DNA from: Ascidiella aspersa
Lineage: Eukaryota
Assembly: GCA_963924565.1 (NCBI GenBank)
Contig: OZ004608.1
Location: 6,944,001 to 7,008,000, forward strand
Length of the DNA: 64,000 bases
Reading direction: 5' to 3'
Numbering within the stretch: the stretch's first letter is position 1; every line of letters starts with the position of its first letter. The position numbers were made by a program, and so were the translations under genes. A model generated the notes under the pieces. The model saw only the letters and a program-made list of their open reading frames with translations. It was not told the origin of the DNA and made no database searches. Below, piece after piece: positions 12,885-25,386 of the stretch.

Positions 12885-15800
12885 ATGCAGAAAATAGTGT
12901 CAATTATAGTTTTGTTAGCTCTTGCTTTCGATGCCTTAGCTATTTGGCATAAGTTAGACGATATGGAATACCACATTGAAAGTAGTAGAAAACGAAATTT
13001 TTACGACGCTTCCGCAGATTGTTCTCGAATGAGATCAATTCTTGCAAAAGTAACATCATCAAGTATTTAAGGTTTTTTAGCGAATCATTTGCGAAATATC
13101 GGAGGTAAATATAATTTTATTCATGCGCAATTACACTTTTCTTGGGTATGTCTATTTGTCTGATTCTTGAGTAATTTTATAGGAAAACCGACCACACATT
13201 ATATTGGATTAAAGAAAGCAAGGCATGGAACATTCAAATGGTTATATGGAACACAGCTAGATTACACGAATTGGAAACCTGGAGAGCCGAACGGTGACTT
13301 TTGGGTGGAGGATTGTGCAGCGATGGAGAAAAGTGGCCAGGACTATCCTTGGGTTGACATTCAATGCAACAGACGGGAAAAATACATTTGCCAGAGACCA
13401 AGTGGTGAGAGCTTTCAATTGCGGCAATTAATTTATCCTCTCATGTCAACCTGATTTAAATTGCAGGTTTACGGTTTTCTATTGGCAAACCTGCATCAAC
13501 GACTACAAGATACAGAGTTGTTCTTTCCAGTAAAGTCCCAACAACTCGATTGACCACTTTGAAAGGTGTAAAAACTTTCACCGTTAAAACAGGTTCGTGC
13601 TTCATTGTTTTCTATTTAATGTAAAAAATACTGACAAAAATAATATTTTTTTATTTGATGCTGCGGTGATATACTGCAATTGCATTGTTTGATTATTATA
13701 ACCCCATAAAGCCAATACAAAAGTAAAGTATCGTTACCTGTCTAACACTAAATTAATTTATACATTTTAGCCACGGTATCAGACCTAACTGTTTTCAAAG
13801 AATGTAGTGATTTTTTATAGGAATAGTATCAAAGCAATATGTAAGTTTCCTTTAGTGCTAAAATAATTTTCTGGATTTATAATCTAAAAACCGCTACGTT
13901 TTTGGGTTTAGGTTTTATTATATTCCTTGTTTGTAAATCGTATTTATGTCATTTGGTAGGATATCGCGGCTGTCCGTACTTTAGCCCATCTTATTACATG
14001 TCGTTGTCGGTACGAAACGCAAAGCTTGCTAATCAAATGCGAAACTTGCTAATTCAACTTAAATCTTCTTTTGTATATGTTTCGTTTCAAATTTACAGAC
14101 CGACTATATACATTTGAAAAACCTATATCAACGACTAGCAAACAGTTTGATGTAGCTGATAAGAATGAGGCGACAAATTCACAAGTAACTCAAAAAGTTT
14201 CATCAAACCTTAACTTCAAAACAGGTTGCTTTATGCATATATTTGACAATCTGTCCATAATATTTGACAATCTGTCAATAATATTTGATATGATAAAATC
14301 TGTTTGTTAATTTTGCTTACTTGAACAAATTGCTTTCTTTAATAGTTCTTAACAAAAAGAAATGTTCACAGATTATGTGAATTACGATCACGTTTTCACG
14401 GCGAATACCAGTTTTGCTGACATCATGACAGATGTGACTACGAAACCTTGGAAAATAAGCGAATATACGATCACAGGTAAAAAAATATAAATGCTTATTT
14501 GACTGTTATTGGTTATAATGCGTAATTACAATAAACATTTTCAAATCAGTAGCAGTTTTCACAAAATTAGATATAAATGTCTTTGCGTCAAAATATAAAA
14601 TATATCCTTTGCAAATGTGCCAGAAAAAGACAAGAGTGTGGGAATCAAAAGCATCATACCAGCTGCTCTAATCGGCGGTTTTGTCTGCATTGGAGTTATA
14701 GTTGCTGTAATTTGCATGAGGTGAATGGAGTATAATATTTCAACTGAATGACAGCCCGAAGTTCAAAACAAATTACTTGACATTTCATTTCAGGAGACTT
14801 CGGAGAGCAGAGCAACCACAATCTATCAGACATCACAGCATTACAGGTTTTATTTCTTATATGTTTTATACAAATACCTGACTATACAGTATGCTTTAGC
14901 GCAGGGATGACCAACCATTAAGCAGAATGGGCCGCATTGCCACTTTAAAACAATCTATGGACGGCAAAACGTATTAAATTAAAGGAGTGACGTCATAACT
15001 TACATCATATCGTGATGTCACAAAACAAATTAACTTGTAAACACCCGCTCTTCGAGAGTGAACACGTGCGCAAATATGCAAGGAAATATTGGCCTTATCA
15101 CAAGTAGCGCGAAAAATTAAGTTTACATGCAGTATGATGCCATGGTATGACACCCTTGGACTGATATATTTCTTTAAAACGGTCCGCAAAAACACACATT
15201 AAGATAACACACATCTTGCTTAACAATGGGTGAACAAGTGTCCGATGGATGTTGAAATGCGACATTAGACTCGATTATAGTCTCAGAAAGATCAGGTCTA
15301 CAACTTGCTTTAAACAAAACAAAACGCTATAGCGAAAGTGAGAATGAGTGGCAAGCCGTACGTAAACATCAGGCGGTCCGCAGGATTGCACATCTCTGCG
15401 CTTTAGCGTATAGCAATTCTATTGTTAAGCTTCAGTTTATATAGTAAGGAATAAATTAAATTTACGGTTAAACACTTAGTCATGCAAATTAATGAAAATT
15501 TAAACATTTTAGAACGCTGTAATAGCAAAAGTTTCTCAAGACTTTATACATGAAGTACACGTTAAACTCAAATTACAATAGTCAAATCCGGTTAAATTTG
15601 TTTGTAAAAGTATGACGATAACGAAACACGATATAAATTTTGAGCAATTTAATTAAAATAATTTTATTTTAAGAACAAAGAGTGAACGAGGAAATGGAAG
15701 AAAACTACTACATCCGACCCAACCCTGTTCTTCCCCTACAAGAAGATGAAAACGGATACTTGCGATTCAACAAAGAAGTGCCAGTCCAAGTATCGATCGT

Positions 15801-15972
15801 TGGCCAAGAGGAATACGAACTAAATTACAATAATTTGCCTCGTTGTGAAGGGTCAGGGGTTAACCTTCATGCTCTGCTAGAAGTTGATGTGTATCAAAAC
15901 GTTGCACCTACTTTGCCTCGGGCAAAGCGTCCAAGCGAACCAGCAGATAGTTATTACACATTTGATGCCTAA
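12885..15972 (+). pseudogene. CTLR3: CTLD receptor with a single premature stop (probable recent pseudogene or null allele)
   Basis: Exons 12885-13104 (TAA at 13068-13070 where paralogs have CAA), 13183-13404 (EPN/WVD), 13467-13592, 14099-14224, 14372-14476, 14624-14720 (TM), 14794-14846, 15674-15972. Otherwise open and colinear with CTLR4. Confidence 0.85.
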
Positions 15973-17350
15973 CGTGTTCAGCAGGTCGGACATTCGGACT
16001 GCTTATTAAAACTCTGCAGTGCAAAAGTTTTAAGGTCTCCTTTGGGTACCCATAAAATGGGACAAACTGCGATCTTTACAGCACAAAACTAATTTGCATA
16101 AATAAGAAATGTCATTCTAGTTTCATGACATCAATTTTAATTTCACATTTACATACTAAATACGCACACATCAGCTAGAACCTTGCACATTGTTTGTCTC
16201 AGGCAAATAGAACAAGCAAACTAAAGACAATTCTTACACATTTGATGCCTATCGGGTTCAACCGGTCGGATATTCGGCAAATAATATGTTACAGTGCAAA
16301 CGTTATAAAGGTCTCCTTTGTGGACCCATAAAATGGGACAAACTGCAAACTTTGCAGCACCAAAACTAATTCGAATAAAAAATGTCGATTCTACTTTCAT
16401 GAATTATACATTTTCATTTCCTTTTGCATCCCGAAAACGCAAACCCCAGCTACAATAAAACGTAAATTAACAGTCAACAACTCACTAAACTGATGTCAAA
16501 GCATAAACGCAGAAAGGATTAAGTTTAAGAATAACTGCAGTTGACTTCTTAAATATTTTTGCCATAAAGCAAATTGTTACCAAGCTTCGCGGCAAAATAA
16601 AGCGCGTGGGTTGCCAAAGTCAGTATATTTGGCTTGTTGGCAAAGTCAAGCGTAGACGCAGGAAGTATTTATTGTATGAAGTGTGCAGCGGAACTACACA
16701 ATTGTTTAACAATAAATTGTTTGTTCGTATTGGAAGTCCCATGTTGAGGCATGCTTATACATATTTTTGTGTGATTTATGCGATGTATTGTAGTAAGAAC
16801 TACGAAATAAATGTTACATTTTTCATGTTGGTGTTTCATCTTATGGGGCCTAAAACCAATGTTGAAACGAAAGATCGTTTTAACTTTCGTTTGTGTTATT
16901 CCTTTGCGGAAAATCGTTTGCGATGTTGCCCGATAATCTATAGATAAATTAATTTCAATATACGAATATTCAATCCTGCATTTTATTTATTTCTTTGCTG
17001 CCTGGTATGCAAACAAAGTTTTTTTTTTTTTATTTTGTAAATCCGGAATAACAGATGGATGTTTAACCTCTTCATGTAATGGAATATTTATATTAACGTC
17101 ACCTTACCTATAAGGCTCGCAAAACTAATTGATATAACTAACTTTTCACTATTGCCAGAACGCCTTGGATTTTGCCGAAATGAAAGGGCTTTCCTGGTTA
17201 AATCCCATATTGCTTGAGACTCAGTTATCAAGAACATCAAACGTGCGTAAATCAAAGGTTGCCTCTTATCCACTAGAATAGCAATTCCAACATGCGACGC
17301 TGCTATATGCCTAGTTCGCTTTAAACAAGTATTATCAAGGCTGAACGAGG
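13100..17350 (+). repeat. Segmental duplication, paralogous to ~19830-24160
   Basis: Introns, exons and 3' flanks of CTLR3 and CTLR4 align, and are nearly identical in the 3' half. Confidence 0.9.
14902..15400. mobile_element. Old hAT MITE in the last intron of CTLR3
   Basis: Starts cagggatgaccaacc and ends ...ttgcacatctctg(cg); flanked by ctttagcg on both sides. Confidence 0.7.
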
Positions 17351-18191
17351 AGAGAGAAACTGAATCAGTAAACCATAATTATATACGTTAATAACATTCA
17401 ACATGTATACTATTGGAATTGTTCCTCTAGATTTTTAGCGATTGGTTAAATGTACTAGAATATTCGCTATTGTTAAGCACGTACAAATACAACTAAATCA
17501 AGCTGCCGGAAACAAACATAATTTGCAAATAGCATTTTTGAATATATATATTCTAATTTTTTGTAAAGTTATTCAGAATTGCTTCATTTCCGTAATAATC
17601 TTCCCACAAAACATGAATTTAAGTGTAAAAAACTGAGAAGATTGCTAAAACAATATATTTTATTTTACTTTCTACATCTCGAAAACTTGGGAACATTGCG
17701 TTCAAGAGTATAAGACACACTGTTTTGTTTGACTCAAATGGTTTTAAAATCTAGCCAGTGAACACATAACGAGGGTCCGCTGGGTGGGTCTTTCCTAAAC
17801 TGATCACGTGACATATGGAGAATGTATCTTCTGAAGTATTCAAGATAACTGGACACACGGTATTACCAACGTAGACACACTGTTTAAACGCAGCATGCCT
17901 TAGTAGTATCCTCCAATACTTGAAGCGTACCGCAAATTGCTACCAAGCATGGCGGCAAAATAAGGCTCGTTTGCCCGCGGATACGCCCTGAGTTCCCAAG
18001 GTCAGCGTTTGATTTGCTTGCCAAGTCAAATAAAGGCGCAGTAACTATTGCTTTTAGGTAACGGTATTAACGACGAGCGTTTCACACTGAATTATTTTTT
18101 TGTTTTAAAATTTCATATTTTGAGGCTAAGTTAGCAATATTATTATTGTGCGATTTATCCCATATTTAATTAATAAAACTTGGTGAAATGC

Positions 18192-18282
18192 ATATATATA
18201 TATATAAATTTAAATATATATATGTATATATCTTTATAGATATATAATATACATATATATGTTTTTAGATAAACATATATAT
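18192..18282. repeat. Imperfect (TA)n microsatellite
   Basis: Run of atatatat with interruptions. Confidence 0.8.
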
Positions 18283-19613
18283 GAAATGTGTGTTACATTT
18301 TGATGTTGATGTTTATCTGGTTGGAATTGAAACTGTTACCAAAGCAAACTTTTAATTAAACTTGCGCTTGAGCTAATTCTTTGTGGAAATCGTTTTCGCT
18401 CGTGTCTATTATTTAATCGGATTTCAAAAACGAATAAGTAATTAAGTATTTCAACAATGTATGTATTTTTTTTGTCTGGTATGCAAAAAACGCTTTTTTC
18501 ACTCTTCACATAAACCTGAAGTAACATATGGACTTTGAGCTTGCATTGGTCCATTTCCTTTACAGTCACTGTGCTATTACCGTCACACAAATGACAGATA
18601 TAACCTCAAGTACAGTCAATTGTTTGTTTAAAGTGCAAGACAGTATAACGGGTAAATATAAACGATAAATGTGCTGCGCGCCAATGTTGGATTGCAATTC
18701 AGATTTGGTCAATTGTTTACGAAACAATTCACAATTAGTTTACTTTTCACTATGTGGGCGTTAAAGTGCTAACGATGGTTTTGTAGAGTTCCACAGTATG
18801 TTTTCAGTTTGAAAACCTGGCAGTCATCTGCTGGTGCAGATTATCATAAACTATTATTACAGCAAATAGTATTATTTTCGTTTTGCAACCTATATGTAGA
18901 CTAACTTAGATTTACTAAGCAAGCCCACCGACATCAAATCGCCACTTGTAATGTCAATGCTAGAAGCACTATCAGTAAAAAACAGAAACAGACGAATTTT
19001 GGGCCAAAAGGAATTGATGTTTTAACATGATGTTAGATATTAGTAAATCTGACCACACTGATGGAACAATAAACCTCAATTTAACATCTCATAATTATCG
19101 TAAAAACAAATCGCAGTATTAATTTTCGTCAGTTAGACATAGGATATATTCCGTGAGCGTGTCAGCTTAGATGCTTCACGGGCCCGTGTTTGTTGGTGTA
19201 AAATATTGATAGATGTTGGTTGGTTAAGCACGATTTTTGTTCAGCGATCAACTTAAAAACGTGAATTGTGTTTATTTTAGAAAACATTGCAAAATAGAAT
19301 ACGAGTCAAAATTTAGGTACGCGTTTGCAAAAAATAGAACACTAAAAACGAATCCTCAATCTAACACAACTCATATTATTTAAAAGGTTTTTATTTTATC
19401 TGAAAATGTAACGTTAACGATGCATTTCCGTTTTCAAAAAAAAAATCAAGTTTAAGGGTATAGCAGCCAATAATTTGTTGTCCGACAGTAAATCCACAAT
19501 CATTCACCAGAAATTGTAAGCAATTAGTATGTTCAGCAAAATCGCTTATACAACATAACGTAAACAATAAGTAACGTTTCAATTTCTGTAAAGGTTTCTT
19601 ACCCAAATCTACG

Positions 19614-22600
19614 ATGTCAAAATTAGTAGCAAGCTTAGTCCTCTTAGCTTTGACTGACAGTGCCTTCGCTGTTTGGCATCAGTTAGACAACATGGAGTAC
19701 CACATCGAAAGTAGTAGAAAACTGAATTTTAACGAGGCTTTCAAAACTTGTCATCGAATGAGAGCTGTTCTTGCAAAAGTTACGTCCTTAAGGATTCAAG
19801 AATTTTTAGCGAATCATTTGCGAAACATCGGAGGTAAATGTATTTTAAACATACGCCAATACACTTTTCTGTGGTATGTCTATTTGTCTGATTGTGGTGT
19901 AATTATATGTAGGACAACCTACCACGCATTATATTGGATTGACGAAAGCAAGAGATAGAATGTTCGAATGGCTTGACGGATCACAGTTAAATTATGCAAA
20001 TTGGAAACCTGGAGAACCGAACGGTAACTTTTGGACGGAAGATTGTGCAGCGATGGAGAAAAGTGGCCAGGACTATCCTTGGGTTGACATACTATGCAAC
20101 AGGAATGAAAAGTACGTTTGCCAGAGACCAAGCGGTAAGAGTTTTCAATTGAGGCAATTATATTTTTCCTCTCATGTTAACCTGATTTAAATTGCAGGTT
20201 TGGGTTTTTCAATTGGCAAACCTGCATCAACGACTACAAGATACCGAGTTGTTGTTTCTAATAAAGTACCAACAACTCGATCGACCACTTTCAAAGTTGT
20301 AAAAACTTTCACCGTTAAAACAGGTTCGTGCTTTATTGTTTTCTATTTAATGTAAATACTGACCAAAATGAGAATTTTTTATTTGATGCTGCGGTGATAT
20401 ACTGCGAATGGATTGTCTGATTATTATCACCTCATAAAGCCGATACAAAAGTATAGTATCGTTACTTGTCTAACACTAAATTAATTTATACATTTTAGCC
20501 ACGGTATATGACCTAACTGTTTTCAGAGATTATAGGGTTTTCTTTTATGATAATAGTATTAAAGCAATAGGTACGTTTCCTTTAGTGCTGAAATAATTTT
20601 CTGGTTTTATCTGAAAACCGCTACGTTTTTCAGTTTAGGTTTTATCAAATTCCTTGTGTGTAAATCGTATTTATGTCATTTGGTAGGAGATCGCGGCTGT
20701 CCGTACTTTAGCCCATATTATTACATGTCGTGATCGGTACGACACGCGAAGCTTGCTAATCAAATGCGAAACTTGCTAATTCAACTTAAATCTTCTTTTG
20801 TATATGTTTCGTTTAAAATTTACAGAACGACTATATACATTTGAAAAACCTATATCAACAATTAGCAAGCAGTCTGTTGGAGTTGATAGGAATGAGGCGA
20901 CAAATTCACAAGTAACTCAAAAAGTTTCATCAAGCCTTAACTTCAAAACAGGTTCCTTTATGCATATATTTGACAAATCTGTCCATAATATTTGATATGA
21001 TAAAATCTGTTTGTTAATTCTGCTGACTTGGACAAATTGCTTTCTTCAATATTTCTCAACAACAAAAGTGTTCACAGATTATGTGAATTACGATCACGTT
21101 TTCACGACGTATACCAGTTTTGCTGACATCATGACAGATGTGATAACGAAACCTTGGAACATAAGCGAATATACGATTACAGGTAAAAATATAAATGTTG
21201 ATTTAACTGTTGTTGGTTATAATGCGTAATTGCAATAAATATTTTCAAATTGGTCGCAGTTTTCACAAAATTAGAAATAAATATTTTTGCGTTAAAATCT
21301 AAAAGATATCACTTGCAAATGTGCCAGAAAAAGACAAGAGTGTGGGAATCAAAAGCATCATACCAGCAGCTCTAATCGGCGGTTTTGTCTGCATTGGAGT
21401 TATAGTTGCTGTAATTTGCATGAGGTGAATGGAGTATAATATTTCAACTGAATGACAGCCCGAAGTTCAAAACAAATTACTTGACATTTCATTTCAGGAG
21501 ACTTCGGAGAGCAGAGCAACCACAATCTATCAGACATCACAGCATTACAGGTTTTATTTCTTATATGTTTTATACAAATACCTGATTATACAGAATGCTT
21601 TAGCGCAGGGATGACCAACCATTAAGCAGAATGGGCCGCATTGCCACTTTAAAACAATCTATGGGCGGCAAAACGTATTAAATTAAAGGAGTGACGCCAT
21701 AACTCACATCATATCGTGATGTCACAAAACAAATTAACTTGTAAACACCCGCTCTTCGAGAGTGAACACGTGCGCAAATATGCAAGGAAATATTGGCCTT
21801 ATCACAAGTAGCGCGAAAAATTAAGTTTACATGCAGTATGATGCCATGGTATGACACCTTTGGACTGATATATTTCTTTAAAACGGTCTGCAAAAACACA
21901 CATTAAGATAACACACATCTTGCTTAACAATGGGTGAACAAGTGTCCAATGGATGTTAAAATGCGACATTAGACTCGATTAGAGTCTCAGAAAGATCAGG
22001 TCTACAACTTGCTTTAAACAAAACAAAAGGCTATAGCGAAAGTGAGAATGAGTGGTAAGCCGTACGTAAACATCAGGCGGTCCGCAGGATTGCACATCTC
22101 TGCGCTTTAGCGTATAGCAATTCTATTGTTAACCTTCAGTTTATATAGTAAGGAATAAATTAAATTTACGGTTAAACACTTAGTCATGCAAATTAATGAA
22201 AATTTAAACATTTTAGAACGCTGTAATAGCAAAAATTTCTTAAAACTTTTAGTATACAAGAAGGACACGTTAAACCCAAATTACAATAGTCAAATCCGGT
22301 TATATTTGTTTGTAAAAGTATGACGATAACGAAACACGATATAAATTTTGAGCAATTTAATTAAAAATAATTTTATTTTAAGAACAAAGAGTGAACGAGG
22401 AAATGGAAGAAAACTACTACATCCGACCCAACCCTGTACTTCCCCTACAAGAAGATGAAAACGGATACTTGCGATTCAACAAAGAAGTACCAGTCCGAGT
22501 ATCTATGGTTGGCCAACAGGAATACGAACTAAATTCCAATAATTTGCCTCGTTGTGAAGGGTCAGGGGTTAACCTTCATGCTCTGCTAGAAGTTGATGTG

Positions 22601-22681
22601 TATCAAAATGTTGCACATAGTTTGCCTCGGGCAAAGCGGCCAAGCGAACCAGAAGATAGTTATTACACATTTGATGCCTAA
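19614..22681 (+). CDS. CTLR4: type I C-type lectin receptor, EPN/WVD CTLD, three stalk exons, DENGY/YQNV tail
   Basis: Eight exons in frame: 19614-19833, 19913-20134, 20198-20323, 20826-20951, 21078-21182, 21328-21424 (TM IIPAALIGGFVCIGVIVAVICM), 21498-21550, 22383-22681 (EENYYIRP, EDENGYLRF, EYEL, VYQNV, SYYTFDA). Confidence 0.9.
21606..22104. mobile_element. Same hAT MITE in the last intron of CTLR4 (copied with the gene)
   Basis: Near-identical to 14902-15400, with the same TSD ctttagcg. Confidence 0.7.
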
Positions 22682-24819
22682 CGTGTTCAGCAGGTCGGAC
22701 ATTCGGACTGCTTATTAAAACTTTGCAGTGCAAAAGTTTTAAGGTCTCCATTGTATACCCATGAAATGGAACAAATTGCGATCTTTACAGCACAAAATTA
22801 ATTTGCATAAATAAGAAATGTCATTCTAGTTTTATGACATTAATTTTAATTTCACATTTGCATACTAAATACGCACACATCAGCTAGAACCTTGCACATT
22901 GTTTGCCTCAGGCAAATAGACCAAGCAAACTAAAGACAATTATTACACATTTGATGCCTAACGGGTTCAACCGGTCGGGTAATCGGCTAATAATATGTCA
23001 CAGTGCAAACGTTATAAAGGTCTCCTTTGTGGACCCATAAAATGGGACAAACTGCGAACTTTGCAGCACCAAAACTAATTCGAATAAAAAATGTCGATTC
23101 TAATTTCATGATTATACATTTTAATTTCCTTTTGCATCCCGAAAACACAAACCCCAGCTACAAAAAAACGTAAATTAACAGTCAACAACTCCCTACTCAT
23201 GTCAAAGCATAAACGCAGAAAGGATTAAGTTTAAGAATAACTGCAGTTGACTTCTTAAATATTTTTGGAAAAAAAGCAAATTGTTACCAAGCTTCGCGGC
23301 AAAATAATGCGCGTTTGCCCGCGGAAACGACCTGGGTTGCCAAAGTCAGTATGTGGCTTGTTTGCAAAGTCAAGCTTATAAGCCGTAGGAAGTATTTATT
23401 GTATGAAAAGTGCAGCGGAACTAATTAAAAGTGTTTAACAATAAATTGTTTGTTCGTATTGGAAGTCCCATGTTGAGGCATGCTTATACATATTTTTGTG
23501 TGATTTATGCGATTTATAATAGTAAGAGCTACGAAATAAATATTACATTTTTCTTTTTGGTGTTTCATCTTATGGGGCCTAAAACCAATGTTGAGACGTA
23601 CGATCATTTTAACTTTCGCTTGAGTTATTCTTTTGCGCAAAATCGTTTGCGATGTTGCCCGATAATCTATAGATTAATTAATTTCAATATACGAAAAATC
23701 AATCCTGCATTTTATTTATTTTTTTGCTGCCTCGTATGCAAAAAAAATTATTTTATTTTATAAATCTGTTATAACAGATGGATGTTTAACCTCTATTGGT
23801 AATTGTTTATTTATATTAACGTCACATTGCCATAAGGCTCGCAAAACTAATTGATATAACTAACTTTTCACTGTTGCCAGAACGCCTTGGAAGTTGCCCA
23901 AATGAAAGGATTTTCCGAATTCATCTACATAAATGCAAATTTCGCTAAATCAGCACCCATAAACAACTCAAGATAAAGTATGTACAGTATCTAACAGACC
24001 CTGGTTAAATCCCATATTCCTTGGGACGCAGATATCAAGAACATCTAACGTGCCTAAATCAAAGGTTGCCTCTTATCCACTAGAATAGAAATTCCAACAT
24101 GCACCCTGCAAACGCTGCTATGTGCATAGTTCGCTTTAAACAAGTATTATAAAGGCTAAACGAGATGAAAAAAGCGGGATGTCGCCCAACGATTAAAGTT
24201 ATCTGATTTGGTAAGAACGAAGCGTGTTAAAATGCGGAAATACGCTAAACTCTTTTTACCCACTGACTTTTAAATAAAAAGACAGCTTTATAAAGATTCA
24301 ACCACATATAACATCGATACTTATTAACACAGTTTAGCCGCATCATATATTTAATTTTCGGTGTACATTTAACAGTATTTAAAAAGAAACATACCTTGTT
24401 TAACTTTGGCGGGCTTTCTAAACTATTGTTACATCATATCTTAAATACATTGAAATGTTCGACTGTTTGTACGCTGTCCGTTCGCCAAAACAAACGTATT
24501 ACCTTCTTGTAGCAAAGACATTCGTTTCGGGGATAAATTATTCTCAATAGAGCTATCAAGTTTCGAAGGTAATTTTGTACGCCATGCGCGAGCGCCGTAA
24601 AAATTTATACATAAATCAGAAATATACTAATGTGTAATAGCCAAAAAAGCCTGCGCAAGCAGCGTCTATATGACTGAAATTCACACAAGCCGCTGGTACG
24701 TTTGGTCGCAATCAATTTCCTCGGTATTTTTAGAAATCGTTATGCGTCACATAAGTAAAAATAAATGAAGAGGTGGCTCTGTACTGTGATTACACAAGCT
24801 ATACCCAATACCCATATAT

Positions 24820-25241
24820 CAGGGGTGGGCAAATGTATTCAATGGAAGAGCCATTTGTAGAAAATACAAGCACCAAAGAGCCTCAAAATTATTTCAATAC
24901 AAAAACGGTAAATAATGCAAGGCCAGCCGCAATAATAACAGAATTGTAATATAACAAAACGGTAATGACTAACACAATAATAACGGTAATGACAAAATAA
25001 CACGCACAATATTTATTGATTTCAGTATTTTGTTAACTAACTCTGCGGACTCTATGTCTAGTGTTACGTCATAAACTAAATGCTGGCCTAAATAAAGAAA
25101 AGAAAAACAGAGTACCTGTATGAACGGTACTTTTAGTAACCTTTACAATATTTTAGGCATTTTATGATTCGACTAGAAGAGCCACAAAAAACATGCCGGA
25201 GAGCCGCATGTGGCTCGCGAGCCGCAGTTTGTCCACCCCTG
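24820..25241. mobile_element. hAT MITE upstream of CTLR5
   Basis: TIR caggggtgggcaaa / tttgtccacccctg; TSD ccatatat; empty site near 1798. Confidence 0.92.
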
Positions 25242-25386
25242 CCATATATCAATAAACCTCGGATATAGTACTGCAGGTTATCATAGGTTTACACGTAGGC
25301 GAAAGTGAGCAACATTATAGTGATAAATTTTACAGTGAGAAACTAAACTGCTCTTTAGTTTTCAAATCTCCATAGCGCTGTGTGTC

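Noticed and set aside
14974-15195. Minus-strand ORF conserved at 21678-21899
   Set aside because: Within an intronic MITE copied along with the gene duplication.
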